Source: Chiloscyllium plagiosum
Taxonomy: Eukaryota
Reading direction: 5' to 3'
Assembly (NCBI RefSeq): GCF_004010195.1
Contig: NC_057718.1
Span: 85,698,283 to 85,762,282 of the forward strand
DNA: 64,000 bases
Positions 47,270-59,801 of the stretch are shown here, piece by piece. Below the pieces are notes generated by a model that saw only the letters and a program-made list of their open reading frames with translations, had not been told where the DNA came from and searched no databases. A program made the position numbers and the translations under genes. The first letter of the stretch is position 1. Every line of letters begins with the position of its first letter.

Positions 47270-48240
47270 GCAAAGAGAGAGTGAGAAGTGACTAGCAGCT
47301 AGCTTTAGAGAGAATCCAAATATAATTATGAACATATAAATATTGAAAGGATTGTAAGAGTAGTGGGGCAATTAATAGGGACCAAAAAGGAATCCTCATA
47401 TGAAGACCAAAGGCACGGCTGAAATACTAAATATGTATTTTGTAGCTACCTTTTCCAAGGAAGGAGATGTTACCTAAGCCACAGTGAAAGAGAAATTGTT
47501 GATTTACTATATGGGCTTAAAAATAATAACGCTGAAAAATGTGTTGCTGGAAAAGCGCAGCAGGTCAGGCAGCATCCAAGGAGCAGGAGAATCGATGTTT
47601 CGGGTATAAGGCTCATGCCCGAAATGTCGATTCTCCTGCTCCTTGGATGCTACCTGACCTGCTGCGTTTTTCCAGCAACACATTTTTCAGCTCTGATCTC
47701 CAGCATCTGCAGTCCTCATTTTCTCCTTCAAAATAATAATGAAGACATTCTAGAAAAAGTATTTCAAGTTAAGAAGTTGCTAGTACTGGATGAGATGCAT
47801 CCAAGGGCACTAAAATTATTAGTTAGAAATGCCAGAGGTATTTGCCATAATCCTTCAATTCCCCTTCAGTGTCAGAGTTGTGTCAGAGGCATGGAGAACT
47901 GTAAATGTCACACTACCATCCAAAATAAAATATTAGGATAAATCTAGAAACTGCACATTAGTCACTTTAACTCCGATGATCAGAAAACTTATAGAGATGA
48001 TAATTCTGAACAAAATTGACAAGAGATTTGATGGAAGTATTGAAACTCTTTTTAATGTAGGTGAGTGATTAGTTCTGGAATATAAACCTGAGAATGCAGG
48101 TGGGAAAACCAATTGGATGCTCAAGTAAAAGTGACTGAAGAGGAAAATAATTGCAAGGTTATAGAGAAGGGACAGAAGAGTGGGATGAGTGGAATTTGTC
48201 ATGGATATGACGGTCCAAATGGCCTCCTTCTGTGTTGTCC
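47270..48240 (+). mobile_element. Degenerate CR1 fragments with fold-back insert
   Basis: ggatgagatgcatccaaggg (D.MHPR), ggagaactgtaaatgtcacact, ctagaaactgcacattagtcactttaac ([12 protein letters not shown]). Confidence 0.65.
47530..47729. mobile_element. Fold-back (palindromic) Penelope-pLTR mini-element, family A
   Basis: Arms 47531-47608 and ~47613-47691 are reverse complements. 10-bp TSD aaaataataa at 47520-47529 and 47730-47739. Confidence 0.92.
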
Positions 48241-48329
48241 CCATGCCATAATCCTTACAAGGGTGTCATTTAATTTCCATTCTAGTTACCCAAGAAGGTG
48301 ACTTTGCCTGAAGCATTGCAGAGACTTGA

Positions 48330-48582
48330 GAGTCTAGGCATTAATTGCCAGTCACCATATTGATCCGGGATTGCATTTATATATAGGTTAGACTAGGTGA
48401 AGAGAAGGCTTTTCTTCTTTAAAAACACACTATATGACAATTCAACACAGTCATTTTCTGTCCGACCAGCTTATTATTTCCAAGTTTGATTAAATTGTAT
48501 TCAAATTCTCAACTACTACATTGGGATTTATGTTCACACTCTCTGGATCATTAGTCCAATAGCATAGCCACCACACCACCAT
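48330..48582 (-). mobile_element. Degenerate tRNA-SINE
   Basis: tataggttagactaggtga...aaattgtattcaaattc...ctctggatcattagtcca...ccaccacacc. Confidence 0.55.
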
Positions 48583-49039
48583 ACGCCCATTATTTGCTAA
48601 AACATGCAATTTAAAGCACTGAACAGATTTAGGGGGAGTGCACAGTTGAAAGATGAGCAATTAAAAGGAGAAATTAAATAGGTGGATATGAAGTGGGATT
48701 CTAATTGATGAATGTAAAGTTTTATTTAGGATCTACAGAGCTGATGATCTAAGTGCAGCTCAAAGCTGCAGTGTTGGCTGAGATGGAGCTTTGTCTCTCT
48801 GAGTCTATTTGACTGCTGCCAAAGTCTGATCGATGGCTCCTGTAGGAGCTTGGTCAAGTCCTGACCCTGACACAAGGACAAACAAACTGTGATGGCAAAT
48901 GGGAATAAAGATTTTATTTAATCATTTGGTTGTTTTGGCACATGCATTTTAAAGAAAGAAACTTAAAATTCAGCAGCACCTTTCACAACCTCATGACACT
49001 TTATAGACAGCTGAGTGTGTTTTGAATTAGATGCAGAAC

Positions 49040-49400
49040 ACGTTAGGCAGTCCTTTGGGATCAAGAATAGTCTCCTGAGTTGTGGATTTTGAGGCGACTC
49101 AATTGTCCAAGGCTGGATGCACACAAGGGCAGGGCAGAGAAGGTGGTCAGAGTGGTGGGATACTGAGGTTTTCAAATCCTCCTTCAGCTGTTACACTTAG
49201 TTACCCTCCTTGAGCTGATAGAGAAGCTCAACATGATTGGCACCTTCACAGATGCTTCACTTCCAGTTTGGGTTGGCTTGGCCAAGAGGCTGCCATGATT
49301 CAGTGAGCTATCACGTTTTGTTCAGGGAGGCTTTGAGGACCTTCACGAAGCATTTCCTCTCGTCGTCCAGCCGGGATGAGGAGTCGAAAGCTTGTCTTGC
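49040..49400 (-). mobile_element. RTE-clade LINE 3' fragment
   Basis: Translation RKCFVKVLKASLNK...ESWQPLGQANPNWK resembles the RTE C-terminus (RKRFKD.LKASLK...WE.LA.DR..WR). The 3' end is ...gactgccta. Confidence 0.6.
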
Positions 49401-50004
49401 TAGTCCGCCATCATGATGAAGGAAATCTAAAGTAAGCAATTTTCTCACAGCTGGCTCCCATCGACTGTAATGGAATATCTGGCAGCTTTGTGGTCTCAGT
49501 GGTAACAATTTTCTTTCCCCGAGATTTACTAAACTGAATAAATTCAGTTAAGTAGATGCTTCTGGGAACGTTCTATAATTAAAGATCAAGTTTTGAAGGG
49601 TACATTCATAAGTTTGGGCCTTCGTTCTCAGAAGATGCAATGCTGTTCGATTTTTGGAGGTCAATTTACATCGTTGCCTTTTGGGTGGTTACTTGACTGG
49701 CTCCATGAAGTTGGATCTACCAGGTTGCTATCTGTAAGGTGAGGTCAAAACATTGTCCTGTGTCTCTGGTCAGTTTGAACATATTCCGTTCCTGGTTTTG
49801 AGACTGATACAGAATATAAAATGACAGTTATTACAAGGAGCACAGAAGAACAGTGAGTAATCTGCCAGCAAATGTCTAAACAAGATGGTGGAATGATAAG
49901 CACGCATGACATATGATTTAGCACAGACACTTTCCAATGTGAATCCATTGACACCATACATTTATCCTTAGCTTTCTTCTCTTACAGCTCAGTATACATC
50001 TGTG

Positions 50005-50190
50005 CTTCCTAAACCACTGAGTATATTTAAAACAGAGATAGATAAGTTCTTGATTGCCAAGGGGAATATAAGGTTACAGGGAGAGAGTGGAAAAATGGGG
50101 TTGAAAAACCTATCAACCATGATTGAATGGTGGAGCATACTCGATGGGCTGAATGGTCTGATTTCTGCTCCTATGTCTATGGTCTTATCC
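50005..50190 (+). mobile_element. CR1 3' end
   Basis: Encodes LSIFKTEIDKFL..KG, followed by gggctgaatggtctgatttctgctcctatgtctatggtctta. Confidence 0.8.
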
Positions 50191-50519
50191 CACTGTAACA
50201 CCATTTAGAGACTTGAAAATTGTTGTGAACATCAGTAAAAATGGACAGAGCTGGGAATGAGATGGGGGTGAGAAATTATGCAGGACTGAGAGTTGGGAAA
50301 TGGGGCAGAGCTTCAGGAGAGCAATTCTTGTCTTGAAACCTGTGATGCCAAACTTTCAGCTCGTGATCTGCTTGGTGTCCCGATGCCATCCCCAACTTTT
50401 CCAAGTCCTGGTCTGGCTTCGTAGAGTTTTATTTAACTAGGCCAGCCAGACCAATACTGTAGCTTCAAGAACAGATCACAGGTTGGTGAATATTGTATTC
50501 AAAACATTCCACCATTCTA

Positions 50520-50776
50520 GGTGGTGCAGTGGCACAGTGGTTAGCGCTGCAAACTCATGGTGCTGGGGGCCCAGACTCAATTCCGGCCTTGGGTGACTGT
50601 GTGGAGTTTGCACATTCTCCTTTCCTTCTCACAGTACAAAGAAGTACAGGTCAGGGGAGTTAATCATGGTTAAATACCCCAGGTGGGTTGTAAGTCTAGG
50701 ATGTGATGCTTTTCAGAGGGTTGGTGCAGACTTCATGAGGCTGAATGGTCTCTTTCTGCACTGTAGGAATTCAATG
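50520..50776 (+). mobile_element. HE1-like V-SINE, internally deleted
   Basis: gtggcacagtggttagc...gactgtgtggagtttgcacattctcc...cactgtaggaattc. Confidence 0.8.
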
Positions 50777-50904
50777 ACTGACATCGACAATTTATTTTCA
50801 CCCTTAATGTGTTAAAACAAACTAAAACATGTTACTGAGGCACATAAGGTGATCGAGGTATCCTAATGCATGAGTGACAGAAGATTAATAGGGAATACAG
50901 CATG

Positions 50905-51660
50905 AAATCCAGAAGGCTAATGGAATGCTATCGTTTATCATAAGAGGCATTGAACAGCAAAGTGAGCATGTCATACTCCAGTTGTAAGGGACCTTGGTAA
51001 GACTGCAACTCAAGGACTGTGGTCTCTATATGTAAGGAAGCATATAGATGCATTGGAGGTGGTTCAGAGGAGGTTTACTAGAATGACATCTGGAATGAGA
51101 GTGCTGTTTTATGACGATAGATTGGACAAACTGTGCTTGTTTTCACAGGAGTTTAGCAGAGTGAGGGGTCACTTCATTTAAATGCAGAAGATCCTGAACA
51201 GCCTTGCCAAGGTACATGTGAAAAGATGTGGATCTGCCCAGAACTAGGGGGATCACTGTTTTGAAATTAGGCGTCACCCTTTTAGGACAGAAATAAGGAA
51301 TATTATATCTTCTCACACTTGGACTTTGGAACTCTGCCTCAGAAAGCAGTGGCAGTGAGGTCATTAAATATTTTTAAGGCAGAGGCAGATAGGTTTTCAG
51401 GCGAAAGTGAAGGCTACAAATGTTGGAGATCAGAGTCAAGATTAGAATGGTGCTGGAAAAACACAGCAGGTCAGGCAGCATCCGAGGAGCAGGAAAATCG
51501 ACATCTCAGTCAAAAGCCCTTCATCAGGATAGATTTTTGTCAGGAAGAGGAGTTGGGATGGGGTTTGGGTGGGACCCGAGATCTGGATGTGGAATTTGAA
51601 ATACTAACAGATTGGCCCTTGGTGGGGTCGGAGCAGAATGGACTATTTCCATTTCTATTT
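50905..51660 (+). mobile_element. Degenerate CR1 3' portion
   Basis: gatgcattggaggtggttcagaggaggtttactagaatg...tggaactctgcctcagaaagcagtgg. Confidence 0.8.
51398..51527 (-). mobile_element. Penelope pLTR mini-insert (family A), decayed hammerhead
   Basis: TSD gataggtttt at 51388-51397 and gatagatttt at 51528-51537. Reverse complement begins c-CTGATGA-a-gggc-tttt-gact-gaga-tgtc. Confidence 0.85.
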
Positions 51661-52476
51661 GGTATGTTTATATATTAATTAACAGGAACAAAAATCTGCT
51701 TAAAGGCAGGGTTTTTAAAACGTTTCTAAGAGGAGGAAAAGAGGGTAGAGAAACGGAGAGGTACAGAGAAGAAATTTCAGAGCCCTAGGGCTCGGCTATT
51801 AAAGGCACATCCACCGTTGATGGCAATCAGGGATGCTGAAGTGGTCAGAATTAGATGAGCAGGGATCTGTAAAGTGTATAAGGAATCTAAGGATGGCTGA
51901 GGAGCTTTTGAAGCTAGAAGGGCAATTAGATGCTCCTGAGAGCAGCGGCAGGATGCGCTGAAGGTGAGTACAAGAGCAAGTCCTTCAAGGGTGGTCTAAA
52001 GGAAATGACTTTGCATCATGCTTGCCACTCCAGGGAATGGGGTTTTGATATCTGTAGGGCAAAATGGACCCCTCAACTTCCAGGAAAATCCCAGTTAATT
52101 TCCTTCATTCATCCAAAATTAGTTCGATTAGTCACTCCTGCCATTTCGGCAGTCCCAACCTCCCGCCGCTCCCAGCCTCCTTTGCTCATCACCCTCTGGC
52201 AAAATTGGAGACAAAGTAGACATGGAGCAGATGTTTCCCTTGTAGGACAATCCAGATGAGAGGTCATAGTTTCACACTAAATGGGGCGAGGGCAGATTAA
52301 AAACAGAGATGAGGAGGGATTACTTCCCTCATGTAACCCTATGGAATTCACTACCTCAGAGTGTGATAGATGAGAACACTGAATAATTTTAAGGAGGAGA
52401 TAGATAGATTTTTAATCAGTAACAGGTTAAAGGGTTAAGAGGAGCATGTAATTGAGACCGAGATGATATCAGCCAT

Positions 52477-52774
52477 GGGCAGCATGGTGGCTCAGTGGTT
52501 CGCACTGTTGCCTCACACTGCCAGGGACCCAGGTTCAATTCCAGCCTTGGGTGACTGACTGTGTAAAGCTTGCCCGTTTTCCTTGTGTCTGCGTGGGTTT
52601 CTTCCAGTTCTACAATTAAGTCCAAAGATGTGCAGGTTAGTTGGATTGGCCTTAGGAAATCCAGAGTTACTGGGACAGGGTGTGGTGGTGAGTCTGGGTG
52701 AAATGCTCTTTGGAGTGTCAGTGTAAGTTGATGGGCCAAATGGCCTGCTTCCCCACTGTAGGGATTCTATGATT
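52477..52774 (+). mobile_element. HE1-like V-SINE nested in a CR1 3' end (~52205-52835)
   Basis: gggcagcatggtggctcagtggtt head and cactgtagggattctatga tail. Confidence 0.85.
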
Positions 52775-53113
52775 GTATTAAATGATGGAGGAGGCTTGAG
52801 GGGCTGAATTGCCTACTCCTGATTCTAGGTCTCATGTTTAAACATGATATGTGCACGAGCAGAAAGACCAAAGTGTTAGAACATAGAACATTACAGTGCA
52901 GTACAGGCCCTTCGGCTCTCGATGTTGCGCCGACCTGTCATACCAATCTGAAGCCCATCTAACCTACACTATTCCATGTATGTCCATATGCTTGTCCAAT
53001 GACAACTTAAATGTACTTAAAGTTGGCGAATCTACTACCGTTGCAGGCAAAGCATTCCATACCCTTACTACTGTCTGAGTAAAGAAACTACCTCTGACAT
53101 CTGTCCTATACCT

Positions 53114-53424
53114 TTTTTTTCACATTTATTTTTAGATTAGATTACTTACAATGTGGAAACAGGCCCTTCGGCCCAACAAGTCCACACCTACCCACCGAAG
53201 CGCAACCCACCTATTCCCCTCTTTACCTAACACTACGGGCAATTTAGCACGGCCAATTCACCTGACCTGCACATCTTTGGACTGTGGGAGGAAACCGGAG
53301 CACCCGGAGGAAACCCACGCAGACACGGGGAGAATGTGCAAACTCCACACAGTCGAGAATTGAACCCGGGTCTCTGGCGCTGTGAGGCAGCAGTGCTAAC
53401 CACTGTGCCACCTTGCCGCCCACA
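53114..53424 (-). mobile_element. HE1 V-SINE, young, nested in the long CR1
   Basis: Full head, V-domain and tail. 6-bp TSD atacct at 53108-53113 and 53425-53430. Confidence 0.95.
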
Positions 53425-55856
53425 ATACCTATCACCCCTCAATTTAAAACTATGCCCCCTTGTGCTCGTCGTCTCTATACTTGGAAAAAGGCTCTCCCTG
53501 TCCACCCTATCTAATCCTCTGATTATCTTATATGTCTCTATTAAGTCACCTCTCACCCTGCTTCTCTCTAATGGAAACAGCCTCAAATCCCTCAGCCTTT
53601 CCTCGTAAGACCTTCCCTCCATACCAGGCAACATCCTGGTAAATCTCCTCTGCACCCTTTCCAAAGCTTCCACGTCCTTCTTATAATGCGGTGACCAGAA
53701 CTGTACACAATACTCCAAGTGCGGCCGACTAGAGTTTTGTACAGCTGTAGCATAACCTCATGGTTCCGGTACTCGATCCCTCTATTAATAAAAGCTAAAG
53801 CACTGTAAGCCTTCTTAACGACCCTGTCAACCTGGGTGGCAACTTTCAAGGATCTGTGTACCTGGACACCGAGATCTCTCTGCTCATCTACACTACCAAG
53901 AATCTTACCATTAGCCCAGTACTTTGCATTCCGGTTACTCCGACCAAAGTGAATCACCTCACACTTGTCCGCATTAAACTCCATTTTCCACCTCTCAGCC
54001 CAGCTCTGTAGCTTATCTATGTCTCTCTGTAACTTACAACATCCTTTTGTCACTATCCACAACTCCACCGACCTTAGTGTCGTCTGCAAATTTACTAACC
54101 CACCCTTCTATGTCCTCATCCAGGTCGTTGATAAAAATGACGAGCAGCAGTGGGCCCAAAACTAATCCTTGTGGTACACCACTGGTAACTGAACTCCAGG
54201 ATGTACATTTCCCATCAACCACCACCCTCTGTCTTCTTTCAGCAAGCCAATTACTGATCCAAACTGCTATATCTCCCACAATCCCATTCCTCTGCATTTT
54301 GTACAATAGCCTACTATGGGGAACCTTATCGAATGCCTTGCTGAAATCCATATACACCACATCAACCAGTTTACTCTCATCTACCTGTTTGGTCACCTTC
54401 TCAAAGAACTCAATAAGGTTTGTGAGGCACAACCTACCCTTCACAAAACCATGCTGACTATCCCTAATCAAATTATTCTTTTCTAGATGATTATAAATTC
54501 TATCTCTTATAACCTTTTCCAACACTTTACCAACAACTGAAGTAAGGCTCACTGGTCTATAATTACCAGGATTGTCTCTACTCCCCTTCTTGAACAGGGG
54601 AACCATATTTGCTATCCTCCAGTCTTCTGGCACTACTGCTGTAGACCTGTAGACAATGACGATTTAAAGATCAATGCCAAAGGCTCGGCAATCTCCTCCC
54701 TGGCTTCCCAGAGGATCCTAGGATAAATCCCATCCGGCCAGGGGACCTATCTATTTTCACACTCTGCAGGATTTCTAATACCTCCTCCTTGTGAACCTCA
54801 ATCACACCTGGTCTAGTAGCCTGTATCTCAGTAATCTCCTCGACAACATTGTCGTTTTCTTGATTGAATACTGTTGAAAAATATTCATTTAGTATTTCCC
54901 CTATCTCCTCTGACTCCACACACAACTTCCCACTACTATCCTTGATTGGCCCTAATCTTACTCTAATCATTCGTTTATTCCTTAAATACCTATAGAAAGC
55001 CTTAGTGTTTACCCTGATCCTATCCGCCAACAACTTCTCATGTCTCCTCCTGGCTCTTCTGAGCTCTATTTTAGGTCTTTCCTGGCTAACTTGTCACCCT
55101 CAAGCGCCCTAACTGAGCCTTCACATCTCATCCTAACATAAGCCTTCTTTTTCCTTGTGACCAGAGATTCCACTTCCTTCATAAACCACGGCTCCCGCGC
55201 TCTACAGCTTCCTCCCTGCCTGACAGGTACATACCTATCTAGGACACACAGCAGTTTTTCCTTGAATAAGCTCCACATTTCTAATGTGCCCATCCCCTGC
55301 AGTTTCCTTCTCCATCCTATGCTTCTTAAATCTTGCCTAATCGCTTCGTAATTTCCTTTCCCCCAGCTGTAACTCTTGCCCAGTGGTATACACCTATCCC
55401 TTTCTATCACTAAAGTAAACATAACAGAATTGTGATCGCTATCACCAAAGTGCTCACCTATTTCCAAGTCTAACAATTGGCCGGGCTCATTACCCAATAC
55501 CAAATCTAATGTGGCTTCGCTCCTTGTTGGCCAAATCTAATGTGGCTTCGCTCCTTGTTGGCCTGTCTACATTCCTGTGTCAGGAATCTCTCCTGCACAC
55601 ACTGGACAAAAACTGACCCATCTATAGTACTCATACTATAGTGTTCCCAGTCAATATTTGGAAAGTTGAAGTCCCCCATGACAACTACCCTGTCTCACTC
55701 CTATCGAGAATCACCTTTGCTATCCTTTCCTCTACATCTCTGGAACTATTTGGCGGTCTATAGAGAACTCCTAACAGGGTGACCTCTCCTTTCCTGATTC
55801 TAACTTCAGCCCATACTACCTCAGTTTACGAGTCCCCAAACATCCTTTCTGCAACT

Positions 55857-55925
55857 NNNNNNNNNNNNNNNNNNNNNNNNNNNNNNNNNNNNNNNNNNNN
55901 NNNNNNNNNNNNNNNNNNNNNNNNN
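55857..55925. other. Assembly gap
   Basis: Run of N covering the ORF1/ORF2 junction. Confidence 1.
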
Positions 55926-55929
55926 CCCC

Positions 55930-56582
55930 AGAAAAAGCCCCAATTATCCAAGAATCCAAAACCCTCCCTCCTGCACCATCCCTGTAGCCTTGGGGCTGCT
56001 CCCCCTCCCCCTTAAGGATCCCAAAAACACGATCAGACCCATCACGAACCCTGGCACCTGGAAAGCAACACACCAACCGTGAGTCTCTCTCGTCCCCACA
56101 GAACCTCCTATCTGTCCCCCTAACTATGGAGTCCCCAATGATTACTGCTCTGCTCCTCTTCCCCTTTCCCTTCTGAGCAGCAGGGACAGACTCTGTGCCA
56201 GAGCCCTGTACCCACTGCTTTCCCCTGGTAAGTCCACCCCCTCAACAGTATCCAAAACAGTATACTTATTGTTGAGGGGAATGACCACAGGGGATCCCTG
56301 CACTGCCTGCCGGTTCCCTTTCCGTCCCCTGACTGTAAGCCATTTGCCTTTTTCTTGTACCTTAGGAGTGACTACCTCCCTGTAACTCCTCTCAATAACC
56401 CCCTCTGCCTCCTGAATGATCCGAAGTTCATCCAGCTCCAGCTCCAGTTCCCTAACGCGGTTTTCGAGGAGCTGGAGTTGGGTGCACTTCCCACAGATGT
56501 AGTCAGCAGGGTCACTAGTGGTGACCCTTACCTCCCAAATTCTGCAGGAGGAACATTCAACTGCCCTCACCTCCATTCCCAC
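55930..56582 (-). pseudogene. CR1 ORF1 (CxxC..CxxC zinc finger, coiled coil, start of esterase)
   Basis: MEVRAVECSSCRIWE...YICGKCTQLQLLENRVRELELELDELR, then in another frame VCCFPGARVRD..DRVFGILKGEGEQP. Confidence 0.9.
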
Positions 56583-56898
56583 TCTTCTAAATTCCCAAAA
56601 AGATTGATGAAAAAATAAGGAATAAAAGAAAATCTCGTTACCTTACCAATCTGGCGCACAGGTCATTTTTTTGGTTAGAGGAGGAGGATGGGTGGGAGAT
56701 ACTACCCGAGTAGTGTTTCGTGTAATGCCACCACACAAACATATGACTTCCCAGAAGTCCTTTGCTCCTCCCTCGCACCTCTCGGTAAATGGAGGCCCGA
56801 CTCCCGAGGTAAGTCCCTTTTAATGTGGGAAAACTCACCCTTCCCGGCAGCCCTCGCTTCACCTCTCCTTTTCTCCTCGCCGCTCTGGCAAAATGTTA

Positions 56899-57600
56899 AT
56901 GTAGATAAGTCACTAAAGGCGGAAAGACAAATAGAGGGAACTTATGAAAGCATAAAGTGTTCTAGGCCCCATACGTGGGGGCATAGATTACAGGGAGGTT
57001 CTGATGAATTATATAAGGCACTAGTTAGGCCTCAGCAGGAGTATTGTGTACAATTCTGGGCACCACACTTTAGGAGGAGAGAGTGCAACAGTGGGTTTAC
57101 AAGAATGGTTCCAGAGATGTGACGCTTCAGCTCTGAAGAAAGATCGGAGTGGTTGTAACTGTTCTCCTTGGAGAGAAGAAGGCTAGGAGGGGATTTGATA
57201 GAAGTTTCAATATCACAAAGATTCAAAATCATAACATCTAACACCCTCCAGGGAAGGAGTTTGCCTTCCTTACTGGTCTGGCCTATATGTGAATCCAGAT
57301 CCACAGCAAGATGGTTGACTCTTAGCTGCCCTCTAGGCAATTAAGGATGGGCAGTAGGTGCTGGCCTAGCCAGCAACATCCTCATCCTGTAAATGCATTT
57401 TAAAAAATCATAAGGGGTCTGGACAAAGTAGATAAGGGGAAACAGTTCCCAGTCGTAAGTAGATCGAGAACTATAGGGTATAGTTATAAAACATTTTGCA
57501 AAAGGGGCAAGTGCAAGATGAGAATAATAGTTAGGGTCTAAAATGCACTGCTTGGGAGAGTGCTGGAGGCGAGTTCAATTGAGGCAATAGATAATCGTTT
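56899..57600 (+). mobile_element. Older degenerate CR1 (host of the long CR1) with tRNA-SINE fragment at ~57245-57400
   Basis: Encodes LYKALVRPQQEYCVQFWAPHFR...FTRMVPEM. The SINE part is agggaaggagtttgcc...ggcaattaaggatgggcagtaggtgctggcctagccagc. Confidence 0.8.
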
Positions 57601-57974
57601 TAATATTAGATTTTGATTTGATTTGATTTATTTATTGTCACAAACATTTTGTTGCAAAATACAGTGAAAACTGGTTGTGCAGCATTGTCACTCTCTGGTG
57701 CCGCCTTAAAACACAGAAAAATGAACCAAAACACAGAACATGAAGACATAAAAATAAAGAAATAGAGAAACAAAGTTCATCTCCACAGCCCTTCTTGCTA
57801 AACGCTCAGCCATAGGCTTGGATCTCCCCCTCCATGAGTTCTTGCTGGACGTGTCCAATGCAGCTACTACTGATGCCCCAGGGTCTCACCCTGGGCAGTA
57901 ACTTGCCTCTGCTGCAACCACCAAGAGTCTGCTCTGGCCCACTTCATCGATGCAGAAACCACCAGGAACACCTC

Positions 57975-58472
57975 AAAGGTTTCAGTAAAGATTTACAAGG
58001 ATGTTGCCAGGGTTGGAGGGTTTGAGCTATAAGGAGAGGCTTAACTGGCTGGGGCTGTTTTCCCTGGAGCATCGGAGGCTGAGGGGTGACCTTATAGAGG
58101 TTTACAAAATTATGAAAGGTACGGATAGGAGTAAATAGACAAGATCTTTTCTCCGGGATGGGGGAGTCAAGAACTAGAGGGCATAGGCTTAAGGAGAAAG
58201 GGGAAAGATTTAAAAGGGATCTAAGGGGCAACTTTTTCACACAGAGGATGGTGCATGTCTGGAATGAACTTCCAGAGGATGTGGTGGCAGCTGGTACAAT
58301 ATTAAGATTTAAAAGGCATCTGGATGGGTACATGAATAAGAAGGGTTTAGAGGGAAATTGGCCAAATGCTGGCAAATAGGACTATATCAGTTTAGGATAT
58401 CTGGTCAGCATGGACAACTTGGACTGAAGGGTCTGTTTTCATGTTGCACATCTCTATCACTCTATGACTCTA
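57975..58472 (+). mobile_element. CR1 3' fragment
   Basis: ORF 58158..58379 reads GESRTRGHRLK...FFTQRMVHVWNELPEDVV. Tail ctctatgactct. Confidence 0.92.
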
Positions 58473-59465
58473 ATACTTGCAAGTTTGTGTTATCTGCAAA
58501 TTTTGAAATTGGACCACAAGTTTACATCATTAATATATATCAAGGGAAATATTGGTGCCAGTCCTGACCCAGAACAAACTTATTATATATTAGTCTTCAG
58601 TCCAACAAAGAACTGTTCACCACTGTTCACCACTGTTCACCTCTGTGAATATCGTCTGTTTCCTGTGGCCTTGCCAATTACATATTCATTCATTATTTAT
58701 TCTGTGGCTTCAATTTTGCTGACAGTTTTATTATGAGACAATTTTGTCAAATGCCTTCTGGAAGTCTCTATATATCTCATCAAGTGCATTATCCGCATCA
58801 ATTCTCCTTGTTACTGCTTGAAAAATCTCATCCAAGTTAGTTTTGTACAATTTGTCTTTAACAAAGAAATAAATCTGCTTCTTTAAAAATCTTGATCCAA
58901 GTGCAGTCTTCTGTATTGGAATGAAATGTTATTTTTTGCACAGTTTTTCAGTCAGTTTTAGCAATCTATTTTAATGCATGGTGCAATGCTGGGTTGCTAC
59001 TCTCTATGCATAATAATAACATTAATCTCCTTGAAACTGAGAAATCTCAGTATTCTGTGTAATATTGATTTACTCTTTTATTGTCAATTTAATTCATATT
59101 GTGCTTAAACTAGAATTCCTGTTAGTTCTTCATTACAATGTATATTGCAGAGGCCCATCTGATTAAATAAGTTTGTGTCCATGCAATTGATATGTCTTTG
59201 TGAAAGGTACAATGAGGGGAGGAGGCCGGTTGCAGAACTGACACAGCTCTCCACAGCCAGGCTCTCTCTTGGAATGGAATTGCTGGCCAATTCAGTAACT
59301 TATTTCAAACACATATACTGCAATAATTGATGCTGCACAGTTGAAGGATCCATGTGCTTTATCTGACATATGAGGAAAAGATGGATCAGTTTTGAATAAA
59401 GTCCATGCCAACAGTTAAAGATTCTTTCATTCAGTGATACCTTGAGTCAGAAGATGCAGGTTTTT

Positions 59466-59801
59466 TTAGATTAGATTACTTAGAGTACAGTGAGGAGTCC
59501 TGGCGAGCATCCAGTTGATTAGATTCCCTTCGGCCCAACAAGTCCACACTGACCCTCCGAAGGGCAACCCACCCAGACCCATTCCCCTACACCGAACACT
59601 ACAGGCAATTTAGCCTGGCCAATTCACCTAACCTGCACATCTTTGGACTGTGGGAGGAAACCGGAGCACCCAGAGGAAACCCACGCAGACACGGGGAGAA
59701 CGTGCAAACTCCACACAGACAGTTGCCTGAGGTGGGAATTGAACCCAGGTCTCTGGCACTGTGAGGCAGCAGTGCTAACCACTGTACCACCATGCTGCCC
59801 A
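59466..59801 (-). mobile_element. HE1 V-SINE
   Basis: V-domain and head are intact. The tail tagattagatt is slightly rearranged. Confidence 0.93.

Larger units (their letters stand above)
52879..56888 (-). mobile_element. Near-full-length CR1 LINE (5'UTR, ORF1, ORF2 APE+RT, 3'UTR), inactivated by frameshifts
   Basis: ORF1 zinc-finger/leucine-zipper (56142..56582), APE end GEHFGDSDHN (55066..55503), RT (54034..54633; 53592..54089; 53233..53718), tail (gttctat)n. TSD caaagtgtta at 52869-52878 and caaaatgtta at 56889-56898. Confidence 0.95.
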
